Assembly: GCA_021432655.1 (NCBI GenBank)
Contig: MU271384.1
Coordinates: 57,039-77,038 of the forward strand
DNA length: 20,000 bases
From: Atractiella rhizophila
Lineage: Eukaryota
Direction: 5' to 3'
This document shows positions 1 to 9,890 of the stretch, in pieces; within the stretch, counting starts at the first letter, position 1, and each line of letters starts with the position of its first letter. Below the pieces are notes generated by a model. It saw nothing but the letters and a program-made list of their open reading frames with translations, made no database searches and was not told the origin of the DNA. Made by a program: the position numbers and the translations under genes.

Positions 1-79
1 CAATTTCAAGACAACATCAACCACACCAGAGAATCCCGTAAAGTGTCCATTTCAACGTAACATCATGAATATCATCATT

Positions 80-1406
80 TTATCCAAACAACCACCAAAA
101 GCCAAACACACATCCCAAAGATGCCACCGAAGCACCAATCCAGTTCCCTCGTCCTAATACGTCAGCGCTGCTCACTTCAAGAAGCTGTCCGGTCGCGATT
201 GGGACGTAGGTGGTGGAACCACCCACCACCTTTGGGCTGAAAGTGACCAGTTGTGTATGTCCATTTATGATGATCGGACGGACGGGGAGGAAAGTGGTCG
301 TGCCGTGCAAGACGGTCGGTCGGTATGTCTGGGTGTAGCTAGAACCATCGAAGACGGTGGGGACGACGATGATGGGAGTCGTCCCGGCAGAAGTTATCTT
401 TGTAGTGACTGGAAGGGCAGGGATGGGCAGGCTGGCAGAGATACCTTCGGTCACAGTGAATCCGGGTGCTTGCGTAGTGGAGGGAGACATAGTCGAAGAG
501 GATCCGCCCGCTTCTGGCGGGCCCAAGGGAGGCGTCACGTTAGTCGAAGAGGATTCGCTGGGTGCTGACGGGCCTAAGGGAGACGTCACGTCAGTCGAAG
601 GGGATTCGCTGGCTGTTGACGTGATCAAGGGAGAGGTCACACCGGGCAGAGAGGGCAAGCTGGTGTCTGAAGTGGGAGTGAGAGAGGGAGTGGGCCTGTC
701 GGTCAGAGAGGGTAAGCTAGAGCTTGGGACGGAAGTGATGAAAGGAGACAGAGTCGAGCTCTAAAGTCACCGTTGAGCGAAAGGCGGGGAAGAACGAAAA
801 GGACGTACAACTTCCCCTGTTTCGCTTGGTCCAGTTAAAGGACCCGTGGAAGAGTCGGTGACAAGCGGAGTCTGTGCGGTCGTCGAAGAGGGTGGATTGA
901 TCGAAGGTGGATTCGTAGAATCAGGTTGATTTGTGGTAGGAGGGTTGGAAGGAGTATCAGTGGGAGGGTTGGAAGGGGTATCAGTAGGGGGGTTAGAGGG
1001 GGTATCAGGGGGAGGGTTAGAGGGAGTATCAGTGGGAGGGTTAGAGGGAGTATCAGTGGGAGGATTGGAGGGGGAATTCATAGAAGGAGCATCGGTAGGT
1101 TGAATTACCTATTGGTTCAAATCAGCGGGGTCATCGCCTTTCCAGATGCGTCCGTACAGGGTCAGCCGACAGAGTGCCAATGGAAGGATCAGAGGCCTAT
1201 GGGAAAACCACGAACAAAACGAAACGCACAGGGATTGTTGTCACTGGACCTTCACCACCACCATCCGTAGTAGGATTGGAGCCCGAATCAGGTTGAGAAG
1301 GACTGACAGCCGGCGGAGCGACGTCGGTTGAAGGATCAGACTGGGGTAAACTGAAGATGGAATGTGGGAGGAGGAGGAGGAGGAAGCAAAGAGCAAGATG
1401 CCCCAT
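80..1406 (-). CDS. Secreted Ser/Thr/Pro-rich, probably GPI-anchored cell-surface (mucin-like) protein, ~385-398 aa. Exons 1406-1230, optional 1196-1158, 1108-809, 760-80.
   Basis: ATG at 1406 gives a signal peptide (MGHLALCFLLLLLPHSIFS). Phase-0 GT-AG introns (GTGCGT at 1229, GTACGG..GCTGAT..AATAG 1157-1109, GTACGT..TTTAG 808-761) join three ORF-track fragments in frame. The hydrophobic C-terminus (SSADVLGRGNWIGASVASLGCVFGFWWLFG) looks like a GPI signal. Confidence 0.8.
935..1072 (-). repeat. Coding 24-bp minisatellite, about 5.6 copies, encoding SNPPTDTP
   Basis: The repeat GGAGTATCAGTGGGAGGGTTAGAG and variants are visible on +. The translation is (SNPPTDTP)x5 plus SNPPT, with one unit reading SNPPPDTP. 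Confidence 0.95.
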
Positions 1407-3020
1407 ATTATTCAAGTTCACCTCAAGGAGAGTAGAGCGAACGAGAGTGGAAGAGAGTTGCGTCTGCGCTTTTAAAGTCCCTTGAACACAGGTTGTTCTA
1501 TGATTGGCTTAGGCAGTTCCAGCTCCAACTCTTAATGCATAATTCACTTGTGCCCACTCCTTTCAATCGTCCCGCCGTTGTTGATGGAATTCCGGGTACT
1601 CGACGTACCTCACCCGCATCCACCGCACTCATTCATTCACAATTGTATCATTCTCGCGATCAATGTAGCCACATCAACGTCAATGTAGATATGCTGTTCG
1701 AGACCATACCCCTCGTCTGAACTCGGCTCACTCGACGCGCAAGAATTCCGAAGAACATAGGATAATATAATGTGAAAGGCAACGCTTCCCAGAAGCCCGT
1801 AGGCACCAGACGACACAAGTGTGCTCCAGGCAAACGAATGCAACTGCTTTGCATCCATGAACTTCCGGTCACCGCTGTTAAATGTGTTAGTTCTCCAGTG
1901 CACGAAACTCATGTCCAATTCGTTTCCAACTTTCAAACCTTCACTGTTTTCTTGAAAGTTTACAAGTATGAAGTAAAACAGGATTAGCTCTAGCGGCCAT
2001 CATCTGTATTATTGATCGGTAAAGGTCAATAAAGGTTCGCACGCATTCTTAGAAGCGTCATGAATGGGTTCACGAAAGGATGAGAGATCACAAAGAAATC
2101 AATTGATCTCTCAAAAGTCAATTGACATCTTCGATAATACACCACGTCCGCATTCATGTCTTCCTTACAACACCAACCTTTGCTCACCATCTAGCACTTT
2201 AAGCAGCAAATTAGAAAGGGATGTTTAGAAGAGGAGCGGAGAGACAACATGACACGAATTGGAAGGAGAGACGTGCTCACCGGTAATTCCCCGTATTACT
2301 TGGTTTCCTGCACAGCGTTTCCATTCAGAAATAACGCTAATTCCATCCTAAGCCTCACGATCACACTCCTGAATGCTACTATTCCGTTCACCTATTCTGT
2401 TCATAGTGATGGTGCAGCCGCTGTTGCCTGCCCTTTGGCCTCGTTTTCGTACTCAACTAGGCTTCAGCGGCTCCATTCCTAGCACTTACGCGGCCTTGAG
2501 CCAGTCAAGCTGAGATCAAAGCTGCCAACGCTGCCGGAGTGCTGTAACTTGTAACTTGTAGTGTTGTCCTGTGAATAAGGTTCTCGGCGCATTATTTCAT
2601 CACATCTGACAATCTGTCCCTCCTTGTTTAGGACGTTCGTTCATGGCTTTCGTGCCAGATCTTTGGAAGATTTGATTGAGACTTGGGAGCAAAGGGATAT
2701 GGCTTAGAACGCTTCCTGTCCGAAAGGTTTAAAGCTTTAAAGCCTAGGATTTGAAACAGCCTGATTCCTCAGGCTTCGAATATTGGCATAGTGGAGGAAT
2801 CTTGTGCGTCATCGCACTGCCAAAGGCGTCCAAGCTTTCATGCTCAAGCTGCGATCCACCTCGCGCGTTTCACAACCCTTTGATGCCATCCGGACACATG
2901 ATATCGTTTCGAGGTCCCTCTGCTTGTATCTTTAGCTTGGATACAAAAGACGAGGCATCTACTATGGCGGTTGTCTTCTTCCTCCACCTTTCAGTTTGAC
3001 TAGTTTTGAAGCACAACAAG

Positions 3021-4894
3021 ATGCGCGCAACCTTCTTTTCTTCCCTCCTCACGTCCGCTCTCGCCTTCTCCCTTCCTTTCGTTAAAGAGAGGAATCGGGA
3101 CTCAACTGTGGCCACTTTCAATTCTCTTTCTCAGCGACAATTGAGCGAGAAAGGTGTATATGCCCATTTCATGTTTGGGATAATTTCTTCCTACACTGCG
3201 GCCGATTGGGAGAAAGACATCTCTCTGGCGAAGGCAGTTGGGATCGATGCCTTTGCATTGAACGCTGGAAAGGATGATCACAACGACGCTCAATTAACAC
3301 TTGCCTACGGTAGGTTCACCGTGACCTTAGGCCGCATTGTCTCATAAACGGTGCTCTGGGAAGACGCGGCTGACAAGCTTGGATTCAAGCTTTTCATCTC
3401 ATTTGATTTCGCGTATTGGACAACCGGAGGTCAGGCTTCTTTTCTTTTCTTTGCTACACGTCTTAAAACAATCCAATACAGATATCTCAACGATCGCCAC
3501 CTACCTGAACACATACGGCACGCGCTCTTCGCAACTCAAAGTCGGCGATAGAGCATTCGTCTCGACCTTCATTGGTGACGGTGTGCGTCCATTCTTTGAA
3601 TTTTCTTTCTTCCTTTCTCAAATTGACGGATATATGATAACAGTTCGACTGGCGGGCTGTTGAAGCCCAATCTATTCCCCTCTTTGCTTGCCCCAACTGG
3701 CAACCGGGTTCCTTCTCCACCGCTGCCTCAGATTGTGGTTTTAGCTGGGATGCTGTGCGCTGTCCATTCCTTCCCACAGGACATTTGTTGATGGAGGAAC
3801 GGGGTAGTGGCCGACGACTAATAATCAACCTATCAACCAGAATAAAACGACCGCTTCTGATGTCAATTATATCAATTCCCTTGGAGGCAAGCCTTACATG
3901 GTGAGTTGACTTTGACTGTTTGACATACTTTCGCTGATGTAACTGCCTTTAGATGCCCGTTTCTCCTTGGTTCTTTACTCATTACGGCCCTGATCTTTAC
4001 AATAAAAATTGGGCTTTTCTGAGCGACTTCTTGTGGCAGTACGCTGTTCCTCTAACCTGTTGTCACTGGGTCTCAATACGTGATGTTACAGATCGAGATG
4101 GCAGCAAATCCTGGATATTTCTCCTCAATACGTTGAAATCATCACTTGGAATGGTGCGTCCGTGTCCCTCCAGACGAAACATTAGATGGTTGAAGCGTTG
4201 GTGACCATTAGACTTTGGTGAATCGCACTACGTCGGTCCTCTCCATCCTGAGAATCCTTCGGTCTATGCGCCAAATGGACAGGAGAATGGTGCAAAGAAA
4301 TGGGTCTGTTGCCTTTTCCCTACCGTTCTTTCCATTTTAGGCTCATACAAGAGAATAGGTCGAGGGCATGGACCATTCGGCATGGATGGATGTTGCCGCT
4401 CCTTACATCAAAGCCTATAAAGCTGGAGCATCCTCACCCACGGTTGAGGTGCGCTACCATCTCTTGTCTTCGCTCTGACTTCACTTTATCTCACACGGTT
4501 AGCTAATAGGTAGACGAGATTGTGTACTATTATCATCTCTCCAGCAAGGCCGCAGCTTGTTCTGACGCGGTAGGACCACCAACTGGCGCCGACTTCCCGC
4601 TAGACAATGTTTTCGCGACTATTCTCGCCTCTGCCCCGGCAACTGTAATCGTGAATGGACAGAGGGCGGACGTCCAGGCTGGCATCACAACTGTTGTTGG
4701 GCCGCTGAATGTTGGGGCACCAACTTGTGTGTTTTCTTCTTTCCTGAGTCCTTTCGAGACTAAACTCTTTGGTTGGGACAGTCGAGTTTCAGAGGGATGG
4801 AACTACCTTATTCAGTGGAACTGGTGGAAAAGAGATTACCGCTGAGCGCACCGTGCAACCTTACAATGCATTTGTTGGCGCTATCAAGGCTTGA
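3021..4894 (+). CDS. Glycoside hydrolase family 71 (alpha-1,3-glucanase/mutanase), secreted, ~439 aa. Exons 3021-3309, 3364-3429, 3482-3582, 3644-3754, 3808-3900, 3953-4038, 4092-4153, 4212-4303, 4359-4448, 4510-4726, 4782-4894.
   Basis: Signal peptide plus GH71 motifs VYAHFMFG, DWEKDISLAKAVGIDAFALN, FKLFISFD, FVSTFIG, KPYMMPVSPWFFTH, NKNW, VEIITWNDFGESHYVGP and YNAFVG. Ten 52-61 nt GT-AG introns give a continuous 1320-nt frame ending in TGA at 4892-4894. Confidence 0.93.
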
Positions 4895-4962
4895 ATGCCA
4901 CGTACTCCAATACAATGCTGTTGATAGCTTTCTTTCGTTTGAAACGATCTTTTACTCAAACC

Positions 4963-6027
4963 CTACTCCCCGCTCGTGTAAATGTCCTTGAGACGAGGAA
5001 ACAGCTCCAAAGCTCCGGCATAGTCTACACTCTCCTTCTCTTCCTTTTGCAACTCCATCTCATCCAGACATTTAGAGAAAAACCTCAAAGCCTCGTCCGC
5101 CGCGTTTGGAAAACTCGCATCACTACCAAATAGGATGTGTCCCGGTTCCATGAATTCCCTGAGAAGACTGAAAGTTGTGCGATGGGACGCAAGAGCGGTA
5201 TCAACGTAAAAGGTCTTCGCTGACTCCTCGATTTCTTCGAACGACAGCCCTGCCTTGTTTCCAAGCTCAGGCTGGAGGAATAAGCCAGCAGTACGGTAAA
5301 GAAGCCACGGAAGAGTACCACCAGCGTGAGATAGGATCAGCTTGCAGTTGGGGACAGAACGCAGTGCGCCACTCAGGATGAGGTCCATCGCTGTCCTCCC
5401 CGTCTCGTGAGGATAGTCAAAGCTAAATTGAGGGAGATTGGAGTTAGCGAGTGAGGGATCGCATGCCATCGTTGGGTGGATTAGCACGACCGATTTCCGT
5501 CGATTCAGCTCTTCCCAAACGGGTTTAAATGCAGGATGTCCAAGATAATGTGGCCCATCGCTATCCAAACGTTCCTGTCCATCAGAAGGAGCATCGTAGC
5601 GGGTAAAGATAATGACACCGTCTGCGTGAAGAACATCAAACGCATGTTCAAGCTCCTGCAGGCACAACTTGGTTTCGAAAAGTGAAGGAAGGGAAGCGAA
5701 GAATCCATAGTGAACGGGGTCAGAGTCTCGAATGCGAGCTCCCTCTTGATTTATGGCTCTGGCTAGCTGCGCCGCTTTCAGTGGATCCGTCTCGACGGTA
5801 GGACCAGGGCTCGTGGCTGAGAGGATGGCGGTCTTCACACCTATGGAATTGCAGAGTGCGCGGTCATGTTCAATAACAAGAGGATCGAAATGCTGGTCTT
5901 CGATCCCACGAGATTTCGCCAATGCTGTTGCGGATTTCTGTAAATGGACCAGCTTTAGGCTCGACGAGAACTTACATTCCGAATAGGCAGGAGGATGGAA
6001 ATGATGGTGCACGTCGATTCTTGACAT
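4963..6027 (-). CDS. Amidohydrolase-2 family metal-dependent decarboxylase (ACMSD / 6-methylsalicylate-decarboxylase-like), ~337 aa. Probable 51-nt in-frame intron at 5975-5925.
   Basis: Motifs IDVHHH, GFFASLP, YLGHPAFKPVWEELNRRKSVVLIHP, FDYPHETGRTA, ILSHAGGTLPW, FYVDTA and ILFGSD. The intron has a GTAAGT donor and a CAACAG acceptor. The exact substrate cannot be determined from sequence alone. Confidence 0.9.
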   Translation of the reverse strand: MSRIDVHHHFHPPAYSECKFSSSLKLVHLQKSATALAKSRGIEDQHFDPLVIEHDRALCNSIGVKTAILSATSPGPTVETDPLKAAQLARAINQEGARIRDSDPVHYGFFASLPSLFETKLCLQELEHAFDVLHADGVIIFTRYDAPSDGQERLDSDGPHYLGHPAFKPVWEELNRRKSVVLIHPTMACDPSLANSNLPQFSFDYPHETGRTAMDLILSGALRSVPNCKLILSHAGGTLPWLLYRTAGLFLQPELGNKAGLSFEEIEESAKTFYVDTALASHRTTFSLLREFMEPGHILFGSDASFPNAADEALRFFSKCLDEMELQKEEKESVDYAGALELFPRLKDIYTSGE

Positions 6028-7236
6028 CCTGAAGTAATACAGTCACTGCAACGATGTCTGATTATTTGACTGAGTGATAGACGCTAAGCGCTCAATTTGA
6101 TTGAGTGGGGGCTGATAAAGCAGAAGCTTTTATCCATTCCGCCATAGGTCAACGGACCGTGGCCGATTGGGAGCGGAGAAAATGCCGGATGTTCTGAAGA
6201 AGCGAAAAGTTGCTTAAGAAACCAATGCAGGTGCAGGACTAAATAGATCATGGAGCCAGATCAAACAAGAGTAGAACAGAATCTTGCAGTTTGAGAATGA
6301 GCGAGAATCCCGCTGTGGAAGTGACTTGTCCAGCAAACGACAACCTGAGGACCCATACATGCCTTCCAAAGCGGAATGACGACTGGGACAAGGAACTCTC
6401 GCCTTAGCTTCCAGACAACTGTCGACTGAGCCAGGGACAAGCTAGGGATGCACTTTGGGACGTCTAAACTCTGCAACACACGAACTTGGTCATGGAACGA
6501 CAAAGAGGCGTGGATGATTGAAACAGTGATGCTCTGAAATACAATTGCTTTCAGAGAATAATCTAGAGATTTTGGATAACTCTCTCGTCTGAAGTGCAGT
6601 CAGGCAGTCTATAAAGTCATAAATTACAGGAAAGCGGTTTTGGAAGGGAATAAGAATGTAATTTCGCCTTCATAAATTTAGGCGGCATTTTTCCCACGTT
6701 GAGTAGTGTTGCGCACAACAGAGGCATTAGCAACTTTTACAAAATCAGCATTCAACATTCCAACACCGCTTTTGGCCTGCAATCACTATCAACAGAAGCT
6801 CATACACAGTCAAGTCCAGCGATGATTGCACGACTGCTTCAAGTTTGAGGGGATCCTACACGAGACGGGGAACATTACAGTATGCGACCCACTGTGTAAA
6901 CCGTTCAGAGTAATTCAAACTCGCATCCCTGTTCCTTTTCGTCTCCTCGTCTCACATCTTCCACCTCAACTTCGTTGTACATCACATCATGTTCGCGTTT
7001 GCCATTGTTTGCGTTGAAAGAGCGTGAAGGTGAAGGACAACGACAACAACATCGACGAACCACCTGAGCTGTTTTCTGCATTCTTCACGGACACTTGACC
7101 TAGCAGTGAGGTGCAGAAATGATAGAGCAATAATTGTTGAATGAGTGCAGGTACAGAAGAAAAGAAACGGCGAGTTCGCTGTAAAGTGTAGAAGAGTGTC
7201 CATATTTCCTTCCAGTTGTCAAGTTGCAAGTTGTGC

Positions 7237-7285
7237 CTTCGCGCTTCGCGCTTCGAGCTTCGAGCTTCGAGCTTCGAGCTTCGAG
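7237..7285. repeat. Heptamer tandem repeat (CTTCGCG)2(CTTCGAG)5
   Basis: Read directly from the sequence; intergenic. Confidence 0.95.
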
Positions 7286-8035
7286 CCTCCTAAATATCCC
7301 ATATGTTTGCTTACTATTATTTTCCACCGTTAGCACTATTGTCTACTCTTTGCTCTGAAACGGCTGCCTTAGTCTTACTTCTCGCTGGGAATTGAACGAA
7401 GCTTCAAGTTGGCTGCTGGCGAGCTTGTCGGTATATGTCTATACTACGGGACAATTGTCGATCTCTGAATTTCCAGCAATGTGAGCTCATGCTCATACAC
7501 TCATGATATTGTGGAGGACTTGGGTACAGTTATTCTTGGAGCACGTACCCTCGGGGATGTGTAACGATGGTGTAAGATGCTTCAATTTCTCAAAAGTCAG
7601 CTCAACAGGCGATCCAATTCAGAGATTACGTCTCGAATACGGGCTTCTTGATCTTGTCGCTGTACCTCAGCAACATATTTTCTCCTTCAATACATGCAAT
7701 GACAGCTTCCTTCTTCCGCATGCGTTACAAAAGAATGCCCGTCTTCTCTTACTTTCCAAATCTTGAATTGTCCAAGTTCGCTCCCAGAATTCTGTCGCCC
7801 ACATTGCACTGATCGTCAGTCGATATTTTGGAAGGAATGTACGAATGAGGAAGGGTGTCTCTGACCTCGCTTCGTGTTGCGCATAAAAGTGGGCCTCTCC
7901 ATTTCCCTTCTTGGTCCGAAATTACATTTTGAGTGCTGGCTGGAGCAACCATCTAAATCTGAGAGGCACGTTTCTTCTGGTCCCTTCTCTTCGCACCTAA
8001 CGCACCGTCTGACCGTAATCATGTAGTCCTTTCTC

Positions 8036-9466
8036 ATGCAAAAACAGCCATCCCGTCTCCGGAAACGCAGCTCTCGCAGCTCTCGAACACCTCCCGTTCG
8101 TTCATTCGCGCTTATCTCAGCCTCTAAAGTCGCTACTCCTCCCGAAGAAGCACAGAAGATGCAGACTGTACTCGCTGGTGTGCGAGCGCAAGCGAAACGG
8201 CGAGTTCCACCTGCAAAGGATTTGTCGCTACCGTTTGAGCGAAAGAATGCTCTAGGGGTTACCGCTACGCTGCTTACCCTCAATATACCTTCCCCGACCG
8301 TTAGCATGTCTCCTATTTTCCAGGAGAAGCACACTTTACCAACTCCTCAACCGTCCCAAATGCCTGCTACCCGTCCCGGAGCGTCAATCTTCGAGCCGAA
8401 TGCCACAACTGAACGTCATCGAACACCTCACGATTATACAGTCACACCACTCGGTCTCATCTACAAGGCTGACCTCGCTCCTCGCAGAGCAGAAACACTC
8501 TCCGAGGGGCCCACGAATACTCCTCTTCCGTCAAACATTCCTATCTGTCCCATGCCTTCAAGACCACCAACTGAACATTTTCCAGAAAAGCCAGTGTGCA
8601 CTGCTACTGCACCATCATCTACCAGAGTGTTCCGCAGAAGAGGGATGAGTCGGTTAGCCTTGCGGCTGGCTAGAGAACAGGAGGAGATGGTTGGAAGCAG
8701 GAGAAATAAGGCACTTGGGTCAAGAGGTGAACGCGATAAGCAGATGCTGACTTCACCGGCTGCAAAAACGAGTTGGGCGTCAACACAAGGACGAGAGCCT
8801 CTATCTGTCTCTTCTTCTATCGACAACCTGAACGTTGCTAGCTCTCAGGAAGAAAAGACTATCGTCGTGGAGCTTGAAAAGGAACTCGGGGTGCTCCTTT
8901 TCCCCTCCGCAACCACTGCTTTGCAGATTCGCATTCCGTCTAAACGCTCGCAATTGATGGCCATGAGCACATCCACCATGGACGATCCTTTTTCACTCGA
9001 GCTTTCAACAGCTTCTACCGCGACGTCGAGTCGCGGATCCTTAGTGCTTTCGAAGAAAGGAACTGAGGAAGAAACCAGCACGATTGCCAGTTCCGTGCCT
9101 TCAGAACCGACGCCTACACCTACGTCATTCAACATACTTTGTGCACCTTTACCGGTCAACGTGTCTGCTCCCCTGCCATCTCAGGACGATGATCCGACCC
9201 AGGATTCAGCAAGTACCTCTTGGAATTTGGAAGGCTTGGATGTAGAGATTTTGCACGTGATCTCCACCCTAAGAACGGAATCAACTCCCGCACAGTCTCC
9301 CTCTCCAGAAAGTTTGTTCTGGAAATGGGAAAGAGAAGAGGAAGACATCGATTTGTCTTCCGCAATTTTCAGCTCCTACTTTGAGGCCGATAAGCCGAAG
9401 TTAGACAACTACTTGAACCAAGAAGACGACCTGCAGCCAATGCGGAAGGAGCAACCATGTCCATAG
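8036..9466 (+). CDS. Hypothetical Ser/Pro/Thr-rich, probably disordered protein (476 aa single-exon ORF)
   Basis: A 1431-nt uninterrupted ATG-initiated ORF with a basic N-terminus and an acidic C-terminus. I recognise no domain, and the true ends are uncertain. Confidence 0.6.
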   Translation: MQKQPSRLRKRSSRSSRTPPVRSFALISASKVATPPEEAQKMQTVLAGVRAQAKRRVPPAKDLSLPFERKNALGVTATLLTLNIPSPTVSMSPIFQEKHTLPTPQPSQMPATRPGASIFEPNATTERHRTPHDYTVTPLGLIYKADLAPRRAETLSEGPTNTPLPSNIPICPMPSRPPTEHFPEKPVCTATAPSSTRVFRRRGMSRLALRLAREQEEMVGSRRNKALGSRGERDKQMLTSPAAKTSWASTQGREPLSVSSSIDNLNVASSQEEKTIVVELEKELGVLLFPSATTALQIRIPSKRSQLMAMSTSTMDDPFSLELSTASTATSSRGSLVLSKKGTEEETSTIASSVPSEPTPTPTSFNILCAPLPVNVSAPLPSQDDDPTQDSASTSWNLEGLDVEILHVISTLRTESTPAQSPSPESLFWKWEREEEDIDLSSAIFSSYFEADKPKLDNYLNQEDDLQPMRKEQPCP

Positions 9467-9890
9467 GTCGACGTATTATCGCATACGGCAATTGTGAACA
9501 GCGGGAAGGAAGTACGTAGGTGACTGACTTGATGGGAGAGGTGTAAGTCATGAAGCACATTTGTACTTTCTAGCTCAGATATTCTGTCGCAGGTCTCTCA
9601 GTAGGACGGCCGCAACTTCCACCTTGTTCTTTCTCCTCCCTTCGATGTTATCTCCTCACTGCCCGAACGCTGCTTGTCAACGCACATTCTGGCACAACTC
9701 ACTATCTACCTGACGCACTTGCGTGATGTCCGAGGCAGTGCTGCGCCTCTCGAATATACTGTCCCATGACTCCGAAGCAGGAATTGACCGTGCAATTATG
9801 CAGGGCTTCGAGGATCGCTCGTTCGACCGCGGATTGACCTTAAAAAGGTCTTGGGAGCGTTTTCCGTCCAACGTTTTGCTACTCTTTTGA

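Noticed and set aside
251..1270. Plus-strand Gly/Val/Arg-rich ORFs (251-568, 357-764, 926-1270)
   Set aside because: Antisense of the low-complexity Ser/Thr/Pro gene on the minus strand.
2081..2113. 10-bp inverted repeat TGAGAGATCA..TGATCTCTCA, and the 14-bp palindrome TTTAAAGCTTTAAA at 2728-2741
   Set aside because: Short and isolated, with no TSD or element structure; compatible with chance in 20 kb.
3021..6027. Secondary-metabolite cluster around the decarboxylase
   Set aside because: No PKS/NRPS, tailoring enzymes, transporter or regulator in the window; the neighbours are cell-wall and housekeeping genes.
6261..7952. Short ORFs in the 6.1-8.0 kb interval
   Set aside because: No recognisable motifs, and I could not build a consistent exon chain on either strand.
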